NCBI GenBank assembly: GCA_963590455.1
Contig: CAVAPH010000001.1
Span: 4,777-68,776, forward strand
Length of the DNA stretch: 64,000 nucleotides
Origin: a bacterium
GTDB lineage: Bacteria; Bacillota; Clostridia; Oscillospirales; Oscillospiraceae
Reading direction: 5' to 3'
How positions within the stretch are numbered: the first letter of the stretch is position 1; each line of letters starts with the position of its first letter. The notes beneath the pieces were generated by a model that did not search any database, was not told where the DNA came from, and was given only the letters and a program-made list of their open reading frames with translations. The position numbers and the translations under genes are program-made. Below, one piece after another: positions 21,046-30,704 of this stretch.

Positions 21046-21176
21046 ACAACCAACCTACAGGGTAGGTAGGAAATAAAGAAAAGGGGCACAGATCATGAGA
21101 GATGAGATACGTACCCGCCGCGCTGCATTCCGATGTCGGCAGTAATAAATATTTTTCACGAAAACAGATGGCTAAC

Positions 21177-21205
21177 CCGGATGCGCTTCCGGTTTTATAT
21201 TTTTA
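21177..21205 (+). terminator. Short hairpin plus T-run inside the cysK leader (possible attenuator)
   Basis: CCGGA-TGCGCT-TCCGG followed by TTTTATATTTTT, 35 nt before the cysK ATG. The stem is only 5 bp. Confidence 0.4.
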
Positions 21206-21240
21206 TTTATTATAATTAATTAAAAAGGAGATTTGTTATT

Positions 21241-22173
21241 ATGTCCGCTATATATACCGCCGCTGATCAGCTTATAGGAAAAACTCCGCTGCTGGAGCTG
21301 ACGAATATAGAGAAAAAGCTCAGCCTTAAGGCAAAGGTCGTTGCAAAGCTTGAGTACTTCAACCCCGCGGGTTCCGTGAAGGACAGAGTAGCCAAGGCCA
21401 TGGTGGAAGACGCCGAGGCAAAGGGAATTCTCAAGGAGGGCTCCGTCATCATAGAGCCGACCTCCGGCAACACGGGCATAGGCCTTGCCTCCGTCGCCGC
21501 TGCACGCGGATATCGCCTGATTATCGTTATGCCGGAGACCATGTCCGTAGAGCGCCGCCAGATTATGAAGGCTTACGGCGCAGAGCTCGTTCTCACCGAG
21601 GGCGCAAAGGGAATGACCGGCGCCATAGAGAAGGCGGATGAGCTGGCAAAGGAGATTCCCAACAGCTTTGTCGCAGGCCAGTTCGTAAATCCGGCAAACC
21701 CCAAGGCACATTTTGAGACCACCGGCCCCGAAATATATGAAGATACCGACGGCGAGGTTGATTTCTTCGTCGCAGGTGTCGGTACGGGCGGCACGATCAC
21801 CGGCGTCGGACAGTATCTCAAGAGCAAAAAGCCCGATGTCAAGGTTGTTGCGGTAGAACCTGCAACATCACCTGTGCTCTCGCAGGGCAAGTCCGGTGCG
21901 CACAAGATTCAGGGCATCGGTGCGGGCTTTGTACCCAAGGTGCTGGACACCAAGGTGTATGACGAGATAATCCCCGTTGCAAACGAGGATGCCTTTGCAA
22001 CCGGAAAGCTCATCGGCAAGAGCGAGGGCGTGCTTGTCGGAATATCCTCCGGCGCTGCGGTCTGGGCGGCTATAGAGCTCGCAAAGAGACCGGAGAACGA
22101 GGGAAAGACCATAGTGGTTCTTCTGCCGGACACCGGCGACAGATACCTCTCAACTCCGCTTTTCGCAGATTAA
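21241..22173 (+). CDS. cysK: Cysteine synthase A (O-acetylserine sulfhydrylase)
   Basis: PLP-lysine motif NPAGSVKDR and [10 protein letters not shown]; 310 aa. Confidence 0.95.
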   Translation: MSAIYTAADQLIGKTPLLELTNIEKKLSLKAKVVAKLEYFNPAGSVKDRVAKAMVEDAEAKGILKEGSVIIEPTSGNTGIGLASVAAARGYRLIIVMPETMSVERRQIMKAYGAELVLTEGAKGMTGAIEKADELAKEIPNSFVAGQFVNPANPKAHFETTGPEIYEDTDGEVDFFVAGVGTGGTITGVGQYLKSKKPDVKVVAVEPATSPVLSQGKSGAHKIQGIGAGFVPKVLDTKVYDEIIPVANEDAFATGKLIGKSEGVLVGISSGAAVWAAIELAKRPENEGKTIVVLLPDTGDRYLSTPLFAD

Positions 22174-22268
22174 AATATTATCGGGCAGGCCGAGGCTTAA
22201 TAAAAAGTTATTCGGCCTGCCCGGATTATGCCCCGGAAATAAGGGCAAAAAACAGGATAGAAACTTAA

Positions 22269-23342
22269 ATGAAGATACTTGTTGCAATGAGCGGCGGAGT
22301 GGATTCAAGCGTGGCCGCGAAGCTGCTCACTCAGGCCGGTAACAGCTGCATAGGCTGCACGATGAAGCTCTACGCCAATGAGGACGCCGGAGTGTCGCGC
22401 GCACACAGCTGCTGCTCGCTTGACGATGTGGAGGATGCGCGCAGTGTGGCGTTTTCCCTCGGCATGCCATATTACGTGTTTAATTTTACGGAGGACTTCC
22501 GACATAAAGTCATAGATAAATTTGTCGACAGCTACTGCCGAGGCATGACGCCGAACCCCTGCATAGACTGCAACCGGTACATGAAGTTTGACAAGCTCTT
22601 TGAACGCGCCGATATTCTCGGCTGTGATCATATTGCCACGGGGCACTATGCACGGATAGAGCGGGAAGGGGAGCGCTTTGTCCTCAAAAAGGCGCGCGAT
22701 GAGAATAAAGATCAGAGCTACGTGCTCTACGCTATGACGCAGCGGCAGCTTGCGCACACGCTCTTTCCGCTCGGAGAACTGACAAAGCCGCAGGTGCGCA
22801 GACTTGCGGAGGAGAGCGGCTTTATAAACGCATCGAAGCCGGACAGTCAGGACATCTGCTTTGTGCCGGACGGCGATTATGCCCGCGTGATAGAGCTGCA
22901 TACCGGAGAAAAGGCACAGCCCGGGGATTTCGTTAACAGTGCGGGGCATGTGCTCGGCAGGCATGAGGGCATTATTCATTATACCGTCGGGCAGCATCGC
23001 GGCCTCGGACTCTCAATGCCGGAAAAACGCTATGTCTGCCGAATCTGCCCGGATAATAACACCGTTATACTCGGCGGCGCCGAAGAGCTCTATTCATCTG
23101 CGGCTATAGCGAGAGATTTCAATTGGATATCCGGCGAGAGGCCGGAAAAGCCGCTGCATTGCGCCGTAAAGACACGCTACCGCCAGCATGAGCAGCCCGC
23201 GCTTGCCGTGCCGCTCGATAACGGACGTGTGCGCATAGAATTTAGCACGCCGATGCGCTCGGTCACGCCGGGACAGGCGGCAGTGCTGTATGACGGCGAT
23301 ACGGTCCTCGGCGGCGGGACAATTATGGAGATTTTAAAATAA
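22269..23342 (+). CDS. mnmA: tRNA 2-thiouridine(34) synthase
   Basis: PP-loop MKILVAMSGGVDSSVAA. Conserved Cys context NPCIDCN. 357 aa. Confidence 0.95.
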   Translation: MKILVAMSGGVDSSVAAKLLTQAGNSCIGCTMKLYANEDAGVSRAHSCCSLDDVEDARSVAFSLGMPYYVFNFTEDFRHKVIDKFVDSYCRGMTPNPCIDCNRYMKFDKLFERADILGCDHIATGHYARIEREGERFVLKKARDENKDQSYVLYAMTQRQLAHTLFPLGELTKPQVRRLAEESGFINASKPDSQDICFVPDGDYARVIELHTGEKAQPGDFVNSAGHVLGRHEGIIHYTVGQHRGLGLSMPEKRYVCRICPDNNTVILGGAEELYSSAAIARDFNWISGERPEKPLHCAVKTRYRQHEQPALAVPLDNGRVRIEFSTPMRSVTPGQAAVLYDGDTVLGGGTIMEILK

Positions 23343-23379
23343 AAAAGCCTGTCGCAAAAACAGGCAGGGAGAGAATGCG

Positions 23380-23805
23380 ATGATATCCACACGCGGAAGA
23401 TATGCTTTAAGAGTAATGATAGATCTGGCAGAGCACAGAAACGGCAGCTACATCCCGATGAAGGAGGTTGCCGAACGGCAGGATATCTCGCTTAAATATA
23501 TCGAGCGCATTATGCCCCTGCTGACAAAGGAGAACTTCGTGGAGGGGCAGCACGGCAAGGGCGGGGGATATAAGCTCTGCCGTGAGCCGGAGGACTACAC
23601 CGCCGGTGAGATACTTCGCGCCGCGGAGGGCGATCTCGCGCCGGTCGCATGCCTCGGCTGCAATGCACAGCCCTGTACACGCGCCGCCTATTGCAAGACT
23701 CTTCCTATGTGGGAAAAATATTATAAGCTCACGAATGATTTCTTTGACGGCATCACGCTTGCGGATCTGGCGAATAACGAAACGGCGCAAAATTACGTGA
23801 TATAA
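23380..23805 (+). CDS. Rrf2 family transcriptional regulator (CymR/IscR-like)
   Basis: MISTRGRYALRVMIDLA winged-helix N-terminus. Cys cluster CLGCNAQPC....C could ligate Fe-S. Confidence 0.85.
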   Translation: MISTRGRYALRVMIDLAEHRNGSYIPMKEVAERQDISLKYIERIMPLLTKENFVEGQHGKGGGYKLCREPEDYTAGEILRAAEGDLAPVACLGCNAQPCTRAAYCKTLPMWEKYYKLTNDFFDGITLADLANNETAQNYVI

Positions 23806-23810
23806 ATATT

Positions 23811-24449
23811 TTACTCTAAAAGTTTTATTTTCCGCCCGCTGCGCTCAATGAGCCCGTCATCGCACATGTTTTTAAGCTCACGCATCATGCTCGTGCGGTC
23901 AGCGCAGAGAAAGCCCGCCAGCTGTGAGAGTGACATCTCTATTTCAAAGCTGCGGCTTCCCGTCTTCTCGCGCAGATACTCAAAATACGCCGAGAGCTTG
24001 CGCCGCAGAGAGCGCTTGCAGAGCATGTTTATCCGGACAGACAGAGCCTGCGCCTTCTTTGCCGAGAGCTCAAAGAGATTTCGCGTCAGCTGCGTGTGAT
24101 GCTCGCAGGCCCGCGGGCAGCGGCCATATATGCAGGAAAACCTGATGAACATGACCTCGCAGTCACTGTCCGCCTCCACCGCATAGCCGAGATCCCCGTA
24201 GGGCATGGCGAATACCTCGCCGAATATGTCGTTTGCGGAGTAATTCTCCAGCAACACATATTCTCCGTCGCTGTCCATGCAGTATAGATGTGCAGTCCCG
24301 CGCAAAAGCACGCACAGATAGCTCAGCTCCGATGAATATACCATCACGGTTTCGCCCCGTCGAAAGCTTCGTACCTCAGGATTAAAGCAGGTGATCATCT
24401 GATCAATACTCTCCTGACTTATCCCGTTGAACAGCTCTGTATTTGACAT
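23811..24449 (-). CDS. Crp/Fnr family transcriptional regulator
   Basis: Start moved to ATG 24449 (MSNTELFNGISQESIDQM); the track start 24515 is a TTG. It has a cNMP-binding-like N-domain and a C-terminal HTH (LSQLAGFLCADRTSMMRELK). Confidence 0.8.
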   Translation of the reverse strand: MSNTELFNGISQESIDQMITCFNPEVRSFRRGETVMVYSSELSYLCVLLRGTAHLYCMDSDGEYVLLENYSANDIFGEVFAMPYGDLGYAVEADSDCEVMFIRFSCIYGRCPRACEHHTQLTRNLFELSAKKAQALSVRINMLCKRSLRRKLSAYFEYLREKTGSRSFEIEMSLSQLAGFLCADRTSMMRELKNMCDDGLIERSGRKIKLLE

Positions 24450-24747
24450 ATTCCGGCTCAGCCCCTCTTTGGTTAATTTGCATATAATAATATCATGAAC
24501 CTGTTGCAAATGCAACGGGTTTTAATTTTGCTTATTTAAGCAAACGGAATATTTGCGAGTTAAATAAAATTAACTATCTGTGCGCCGGATACGGACGACA
24601 AGTGCAGCAAAGCAGCAAAAAAGCAGAAAATGGACATAAAAGAGAAAAGTTTGCAAAAATAAGTGCAAAAAACGGCCATTGCTAACATTTTGACAGGATT
24701 GTTAATAACTTATCTTGATTTTCTCGCATTTTTTGTACATTATCTTG

Positions 24748-24776
24748 TAGACAATGCAAAAACGTTGTGATAAAAT
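24748..24776 (+). promoter_or_regulatory. Candidate rnf promoter with extended -10
   Basis: TAGACA (24748-24753), 17-nt spacer including TG at 24768-24769, TAAAAT (24771-24776). About 110 nt upstream of rnfC. Confidence 0.4.
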
Positions 24777-24885
24777 TCATACATCGTACATATTTATCAA
24801 CGCTATCAGTCTGCCCTTTTGCGTAAAGACTCTTAACGCTGAAGAAATCCCAGTACACGCGAATACTTTATGAGGTGAAGCTAAT

Positions 24886-26238
24886 ATGTCCCACACTTTT
24901 AAAGGCGGCGTGCATCCTAATTACATGAAGGCACCGGAAGTTCCGATGACCGTCATTGCACCGCCACCTCAGGTAATCATCCCTATGGCACAGCACATAG
25001 GCGCTCCCTGCACCCCCACGGTCAAAAAGGGTGACTATGTGAAAATGGGTCAGGTCGTCGGCACAAACCCGGCACCCGTATCAGCTCCGGTACACGCTTC
25101 TGTGTCCGGCACAGTTGTTGCGGTAGAGCCTCGTCCCCATCCCCTGGGCGACATGATCATGTCCGTAGTCATTGAAAATGACTACAAAGATGAACTCTGC
25201 ACGGATATGGCCCCTCTCACTGAAGAGCAGCTGCACGACGGCGAAGCGATACTTGCACGTATCCGCGATGCCGGTGTCGTCGGTATGGGCGGCGCAATGT
25301 TCCCGACCGCATTCAAGATCCGCGGCGGTCTTGGCAAGGTCGACACGCTCATCATCAACGGCGCAGAATGCGAGCCGTATCTGAACGGTGACCATCTCAC
25401 CATGAAGAACTACCCCGAGCAGCTTCTCAAGGGCATTGAGCTTGTGCGCATTGCTTCCGGCCTTGACAAAGCCTACTACGGCATTGAGGTCAACAAGCAG
25501 GACGCTATAGACCTGCTCAATTCCTATCATCCCGAGAAGTACGGCATTGAGATCGTCCCCGAAGCGGTCAAGTACCCGCAGGGCGGCGAGAAGATGCAGG
25601 TTAAGGCAATCACCGGCCGCGAAGTCAAGCCCGGCGGAATCCCCTCCGGCGTCGGCTGCAACGTCGTGAGCACCCGTACCTGCTATGCCATCTACCAGGC
25701 CTGCTATGAAGGAAGACCGGTCATCGACCGTATCGTCACTGTCGCAGGCAGCGCACTTCAGGCACCTGTCAACGCACTCACCCGCGTCGGAACTCCGTTC
25801 GGTTATCTCGCAGAGGCATGCGGCGGTTTCGTCCGCACCCCGCGCAAGATAGTCCTCGGCGGCCCGATGATGGGTATTTGCGCAACCGACTTTGATGCAC
25901 CCACCATTAAGGGCACGGCCGGCGTGCTGTTCTTCACTGAGAAGGAAGACAAGCATGTTGAAGAGCCGACCTGCATCCGCTGCGGCAAGTGCATTTCCGT
26001 CTGCCCGATGAACCTTGAGCCTGTATTCATGTACATGTACTACAGCAAGGGTGACTTTGAGAACATGCAGAAGTATCACATTACCGACTGCTTTGAGTGC
26101 GGCAGCTGCGCATACAACTGCCCCGCAAGAATGCCTCTTACCCACGCGTTCAAGACGGCAAAGCTCATGTTCCAGGCCAAGGCAGCTAAGGAAAAGGCCA
26201 AGGCTGAAGCAGCAGCCGCAAAGGAGGCAAATAAATGA
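24886..26238 (+). CDS. rnfC: Rnf electron transport complex subunit C
   Basis: 450 aa. Two 4Fe-4S motifs, CIRCGKCISVCP and CFECGSCAYNCP. First gene of a cluster in C-D-G-E-A-B order. Confidence 0.95.
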   Translation: MSHTFKGGVHPNYMKAPEVPMTVIAPPPQVIIPMAQHIGAPCTPTVKKGDYVKMGQVVGTNPAPVSAPVHASVSGTVVAVEPRPHPLGDMIMSVVIENDYKDELCTDMAPLTEEQLHDGEAILARIRDAGVVGMGGAMFPTAFKIRGGLGKVDTLIINGAECEPYLNGDHLTMKNYPEQLLKGIELVRIASGLDKAYYGIEVNKQDAIDLLNSYHPEKYGIEIVPEAVKYPQGGEKMQVKAITGREVKPGGIPSGVGCNVVSTRTCYAIYQACYEGRPVIDRIVTVAGSALQAPVNALTRVGTPFGYLAEACGGFVRTPRKIVLGGPMMGICATDFDAPTIKGTAGVLFFTEKEDKHVEEPTCIRCGKCISVCPMNLEPVFMYMYYSKGDFENMQKYHITDCFECGSCAYNCPARMPLTHAFKTAKLMFQAKAAKEKAKAEAAAAKEANK

Positions 26239-27275
26239 ACGACAATAAAGTAAAAATCGTACTTGACGTTGCGTATCAGCCTCAGGTAAGAACCGAGACC
26301 GATACAAGACGCATCATGATGGACGTTATCATCGCCCTCATGCCGGCGCTTATCGTCTCCATCTTCCAGTTTGGCTGGCGTCCTCTCGGTGTCGCAGTGG
26401 TTTCCATGCTCTCCGCTGTGTTCTTTGAGTGGGCATACCGCAAGCTCCTCAAGAAGAGCAATACCATCGGTGACTGCTCCGCAGCCGTTACCGGTCTGCT
26501 CATGGCAATGACCATGCCTCCCACGTCTCCGCTGTGGCTCCCGATCGTCGGCAGCTTCTTCTCGATAGTCATCGTCAAGCAGCTCTACGGCGGCCTCGGC
26601 AAGAACTTCCTCAACCCCGCACTTGCAGGCCGTGCATTCCTCATTGCTTCCTATGCAAACCACATGACCTCCTGGGCAGTCCCCAACGGACTCAAGGGTG
26701 TTGTTGATGCAACCACCATGGCAACCCCGATGACTTACATGTACACCGGCGAGGCTATGCCCGAGTATCTCTCCTTCACCAACATGTTCCTCGGCAACAT
26801 GCCCGGCTGCATTGGTGAGATAAGCTCTCTTGCACTGCTCATCGGTGTTATCTACCTCTTCGTCCGCAAGGTCATAACCTGGCGTATTCCCACCTCCTTC
26901 ATCGCGACCGTCGTTATTCTTACCTTCGTATTCGGTCACGAGGGATACAGCCGCATCGAGTGGGTCGGCTACAACATCTTCGCAGGCAGCCTTCTCCTCG
27001 GCGCATTCTTCATGGCAAACGACTATGCTACCAGCCCTGTTACCGGCCCCGGCCAGATCATATACGGTATCGGCTGCGGTGCTATAACCGTGCTTATCCG
27101 TTACTTCGGCAGCTACCCCGAAGGCGTCAGCTATGCAATCCTCATCATGAACCTGTGCACATGGGCAATTGATAAGGCATTCTGCCGCCCGCAGTTCGGC
27201 GTCACAAAAGAGGATCTCGCCGCTCAGAAGGCAGCAAAGAAAGCCGCAAAGGCTGCGGCAAAGGAGGGCGCATAA
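26235..27275 (+). CDS. rnfD: Rnf complex subunit D
   Basis: 346-aa polytopic membrane protein. ATGA overlap with rnfC. NqrB/RnfD-like sequence. Confidence 0.9.
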   Translation: MNDNKVKIVLDVAYQPQVRTETDTRRIMMDVIIALMPALIVSIFQFGWRPLGVAVVSMLSAVFFEWAYRKLLKKSNTIGDCSAAVTGLLMAMTMPPTSPLWLPIVGSFFSIVIVKQLYGGLGKNFLNPALAGRAFLIASYANHMTSWAVPNGLKGVVDATTMATPMTYMYTGEAMPEYLSFTNMFLGNMPGCIGEISSLALLIGVIYLFVRKVITWRIPTSFIATVVILTFVFGHEGYSRIEWVGYNIFAGSLLLGAFFMANDYATSPVTGPGQIIYGIGCGAITVLIRYFGSYPEGVSYAILIMNLCTWAIDKAFCRPQFGVTKEDLAAQKAAKKAAKAAAKEGA

Positions 27276-27823
27276 TGAATAAAGTAGTAAAGCTTGCTCT
27301 CGTGCTGTTCCTTGTCTGCGCTGTTGTTGCAGGTATTCTGGGCGCAGTCAATCTCATCACTTCCGACAAGATAGCAGAGCAGGATGCACTGACGACAAAA
27401 GCCGCATATGCCGCCGTTCTCGCAGCTGACAGCTACGAGGATGTAGAGTTTGATCCGACTGCGGAAGGCTTTGAGACCATCGACAAGATAGTCAAGGCCG
27501 ATGGCGACAAGGGTTACGTTGTCACCACCACATTCTCCGGCGCACAGGGCAGCATCACCATGGCTGTCGGTGTCGATATGGACTACAAGTGCACCGGCAT
27601 TTCCATCATCTCGCACTCTGAGACTTCCGGCCTCGGCGCGAAGGCAGCAGATACCGGTGAGTTCGGTACCAACTGGCGTGCAGAGTTCGTCGGTGAGGGC
27701 GATGACATCGCAATCACCAAGAAGGGCGGCAACATTGACGCAATCACTGCCGCGACCATAACCTCCAACGCTGTTACCGGTGCCGTTTCCACCAGCATCA
27801 AGGCAGTCGAATCTTTGGGCTAA
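27275..27823 (+). CDS. rnfG: Rnf complex subunit G (FMN-binding)
   Basis: 182 aa. N-terminal TM anchor. FMN_bind-type region ..SHSETSGLG... TAATG overlap with rnfD. Confidence 0.9.
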   Translation: MNKVVKLALVLFLVCAVVAGILGAVNLITSDKIAEQDALTTKAAYAAVLAADSYEDVEFDPTAEGFETIDKIVKADGDKGYVVTTTFSGAQGSITMAVGVDMDYKCTGISIISHSETSGLGAKAADTGEFGTNWRAEFVGEGDDIAITKKGGNIDAITAATITSNAVTGAVSTSIKAVESLG

Positions 27824-27837
27824 GGAGGCAAAGCTGA

Positions 27838-28530
27838 ATGAATATCAAGAAACAGTTCAAAGAAGGCCTCATCACCAATAACCCCGTTCTCGTTCAGCAG
27901 ATCGGTATGTGCGCCACCATGGCAATCACGACCTCTCTGTTCAACGGTCTGGGCATGGGCCTGTCCGTTCTCATAATTCTCACCTGCTGCAACGTGGTTA
28001 TTTCCGCAATGCGCAAGATCATCCCTGAAGAGATACGTCTGGCAATATTCGTTGTCGTTATCGCGGGCTTTGTTACCATCGTTGACCTGCTGCTGCAGGC
28101 GTACGTTCCGGCACTGAGTTCTGCACTGGGCGTGTTCATTCCCCTTATAGTTGTTAACTGCATCATCATCGGCCGTGCAGAGGCATTCTGCCAGCACAAC
28201 CCCGTCGGCCCGTCCTTCTTCGACGGCATATTCCAGGGCCTCGGCTACACCTGCGTGCTTGTTATCATGTGCATCGTGCGTGAGTTCCTCGGCTCCGGTC
28301 GTTTCGGCGGCGGCCTTATCGACATCGCAAACGGCTTCCGCATCACTCTTGACGGTACCGGCTCCGGTATCCAGCTGTTCGCAGAAGACTTCGGCGCAAC
28401 CATACTCATCATGCCCTTCGGCGGATTCCTTACTCTTGGTATGCTGATCGCATTGATGCAGTACGCACTCAAGAAGTCCGCAAAGAAAAAACAGCTTGCC
28501 GAAGAAGCTGCAAAGGAGGCTGAAGAATAA
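27838..28530 (+). CDS. rnfE: Rnf complex subunit E
   Basis: 230-aa, 6-TM NqrD/RnfE-like protein in the canonical position. Confidence 0.9.
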   Translation: MNIKKQFKEGLITNNPVLVQQIGMCATMAITTSLFNGLGMGLSVLIILTCCNVVISAMRKIIPEEIRLAIFVVVIAGFVTIVDLLLQAYVPALSSALGVFIPLIVVNCIIIGRAEAFCQHNPVGPSFFDGIFQGLGYTCVLVIMCIVREFLGSGRFGGGLIDIANGFRITLDGTGSGIQLFAEDFGATILIMPFGGFLTLGMLIALMQYALKKSAKKKQLAEEAAKEAEE

Positions 28531-29114
28531 TGCTTACAAATATTCTCTCCATCTCCCTCGGTGCAATACTCATAAACAACTTCATTTTCTCGCAGTTCCT
28601 CGGCTGCTGCCCGTTCCTCGGCTGCTCCAACAAGGTTGACACCGCAGTCGGCATGGGCCTTGCAGTTACCTTCGTTATGGGCCTTGCATCCGCAATCTGC
28701 TGGGTTATCGACCAGTATGTCCTCGTGGCACTCGGCCTCGAGTTCCTGCAGACCCTCACGTTTATTCTTGTTATCGCAGCTCTCGTGCAGTTCGTTGAGA
28801 TGTTCCTGAAGAAGATGGTTCCGTCTCTCTACTCCGCACTGGGCATTTACCTCCCGCTTATCACCACCAACTGCGCTGTTCTCGGTGTTGTTCTTCTGAA
28901 CGTTCAGAATGGCTACAACTTCATCGAGTCCGTTGTCTACGGCATCACCGGCGGTCTCGGCTTCATGCTCGCTATCGTCCTGTTCTCCACCGTACGTGAG
29001 CGCGTTGAGTTTTCCGATTACCCCGAGTGCTTCAAGGGATTCCCGATCTGCCTTGTTTCTGCAGCTCTGCTTGCACTTGCATTCATGGGCTTCAGCGGCA
29101 TGCAGATATTCTGA
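28530..29114 (+). CDS. rnfA: Rnf complex subunit A
   Basis: 194-aa, 6-TM NqrE/RnfA-like protein. TAATG overlap with rnfE. Confidence 0.9.
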   Translation: MLTNILSISLGAILINNFIFSQFLGCCPFLGCSNKVDTAVGMGLAVTFVMGLASAICWVIDQYVLVALGLEFLQTLTFILVIAALVQFVEMFLKKMVPSLYSALGIYLPLITTNCAVLGVVLLNVQNGYNFIESVVYGITGGLGFMLAIVLFSTVRERVEFSDYPECFKGFPICLVSAALLALAFMGFSGMQIF

Positions 29115-29132
29115 TAGGGAGGACGTAACAGT

Positions 29133-29942
29133 ATGAAATCAATTCTTTTCTCCATCCTGGTGCTGGGCGTCCTCGGCGGCCTTTTCGGTGCGCTGCTCGC
29201 ATATGCCTCCAAGATATTCCACGTTGAAGTAGACCCCAAGCAGGAACAGGTTCGCGCCTGCCTCGCCGGTGCAAACTGCGGCGGCTGCGGCTACCCCGGC
29301 TGTGACGGTTACGCTGCTGCTGTTGCGGCAGGCAAAGCCCCCACCAACAAGTGTGTTGCCGGCGGCGCAGAGACTGCTGCCAAGGTCGCGGCAATCATGG
29401 GCGTTGACGGTGCTGCCGCTGAGAAGATGGTTGCATTCGTGCCCTGCTCCGGTACTGCCGGTCATGCACAGATGCGCTTCAACTACTCAGGTCCTGTTGA
29501 CTGCCGCGCTGCAATGCTGTTCGGCGGCAAGAGCAACAAGGAATGCACCTTCGCCTGCATTGGTCTCGGCAACTGCACCCGTGTCTGCCAGTTTGACGCA
29601 ATTCATGTTGTTGACGGCGTTGCAAAGGTCAACCGTATGCGCTGTGTCGGCTGCGGCGCCTGCGCAGATGCATGCCCGAAGAGCATCATAAAGCTCATCC
29701 CCGAGAGCCAGAAGGTCATGCCCGCTTGCAGCAACCACGACAAGGGCGCGAAGGTCATGAAGATGTGCGACTACGGCTGCATCGGCTGCATGAAGTGCCA
29801 GCGCGAGTGCCCTGCAGACGCTATCGTCGTTGTGGATAACCTCGCACAGGTTGACGCATCCAAGTGCGTCGGCTGCGGCCACTGCGCTGATGTCTGCCCC
29901 AGACATATCATCAACTGGTTCGGCAAGAAGAGCCAGAATTAA
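29133..29942 (+). CDS. rnfB: Rnf complex subunit B (polyferredoxin)
   Basis: 269 aa. N-terminal [11 protein letters not shown] Fe-S domain, then several CxxCxxCxxxCP motifs. Confidence 0.9.
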   Translation: MKSILFSILVLGVLGGLFGALLAYASKIFHVEVDPKQEQVRACLAGANCGGCGYPGCDGYAAAVAAGKAPTNKCVAGGAETAAKVAAIMGVDGAAAEKMVAFVPCSGTAGHAQMRFNYSGPVDCRAAMLFGGKSNKECTFACIGLGNCTRVCQFDAIHVVDGVAKVNRMRCVGCGACADACPKSIIKLIPESQKVMPACSNHDKGAKVMKMCDYGCIGCMKCQRECPADAIVVVDNLAQVDASKCVGCGHCADVCPRHIINWFGKKSQN

Positions 29943-29974
29943 AACTTCCCGCGTAAAGCGAAATAAGAGTAAAT

Positions 29975-30010
29975 ACACGCAGAGTGCATCGCCGCTCTGC
30001 GTGTTCTTTG
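29975..30010 (+). terminator. rnf operon terminator hairpin 1
   Basis: 10-bp stem ACACGCAGAG / CTCTGCGTGT, then TCTTTG. Its loop and 3' arm contain the left copy of the 19-bp direct repeat. Confidence 0.6.
29987..30005 (+). repeat. Direct repeat, left copy (CATCGCCGCTCTGCGTGTT)
   Basis: 19/19 identical to 32605-32623 in the same orientation. Confidence 0.95.
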
Positions 30011-30017
30011 CAATTTT

Positions 30018-30072
30018 GCTCCGCGACAACGTATAATTTCACGTGTCGCGGAGCGTTTTGCGTTTATTTTTT
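30018..30072. terminator. Hairpin 2 between rnfB and the convergent TetR gene
   Basis: 11-bp perfect stem GCTCCGCGACA / TGTCGCGGAGC, followed on the + strand by GTTTTGCGTTTATTTTTT. Confidence 0.7.
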
Positions 30073-30097
30073 AGTGCCGGACTTGAAATGTGAGACG

Positions 30098-30673
30098 TTA
30101 TTTTGCTTGTATCTCAAGATTTTCAAGCTTTACCAGTACCTTCAGAATATTCTTAAGCATATCTGCCGGAGAGAGAGCAATATCGTTTGAAAGCCACCAT
30201 TCTATAATTCCGGACAGAGCAGATGCTTTTAACTGTATTGTAAACTCGTTTTCAAGTGCATCACTGTCAGAAAGCGGCTTTGCACCCTGCGTAATAATTT
30301 TGCTTATAACAGCTTTGAAACGCGGTTGAAAATAAGGGCTGTTTTCTTTTTTGAACAGGATTCTGAATTTATCTCTTTTGTCGTAAAGACAGGAAAGAAC
30401 TATCGAGAGACAATGCTCTATTTCGCTGAATTCGGGTGCATGCAAAAGTATTCCTGACTGTTCATACAGATCCTTAAGCAGGTCATCTATGTACTCATCA
30501 AGAAGAGCATACTTGTCGACAAAATGCAGATAAAAAGTTGAGCGATTAATATTCGCAAGCTCAGCAATTTCATTGATGCTTATTTTTTCAAAAGGCTCTT
30601 TATCAAGAAGCGAGTTAAAGGCATCCATGATATATTTTCTTGTTCGCAGGTAACGTCGGTCTGTTTTATTCAT
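30098..30673 (-). CDS. TetR/AcrR family transcriptional regulator
   Basis: Start moved to ATG 30673 (MNKTDRRYLRTRKYIMDAFNSLL..ISINEIAELANINRSTFYLHF, TetR_N HTH). Confidence 0.85.
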   Translation of the reverse strand: MNKTDRRYLRTRKYIMDAFNSLLDKEPFEKISINEIAELANINRSTFYLHFVDKYALLDEYIDDLLKDLYEQSGILLHAPEFSEIEHCLSIVLSCLYDKRDKFRILFKKENSPYFQPRFKAVISKIITQGAKPLSDSDALENEFTIQLKASALSGIIEWWLSNDIALSPADMLKNILKVLVKLENLEIQAK

Positions 30674-30704
30674 ATCAAATCTCCTAATAGACACTTTCTG
30701 AAAA

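Noticed and set aside
21095-21145. 16-codon mini-ORF annotated as a gene (leader peptide).
   Set aside because: It is too short and has no family support. It is reported only as part of the cysK leader observation.
24766-24781. CRP-like site TGTGA-N6-TCATA as a stand-alone regulatory feature.
   Set aside because: It is one mismatch from consensus and its left half coincides with the TG of an extended -10 element, so it may simply be promoter sequence. It is mentioned only within the rnf control-region finding.
25081-26307. 408-aa ORF antisense to rnfC. Similar long antisense ORFs lie over 18621..19433, 35926..36657, 38545..39303, 45581..46480, 54778..56031 and 60749..61531.
   Set aside because: All lie opposite genes with strong motif support and have shadow-ORF composition. 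The number of them reflects codon bias, not overlapping genes.
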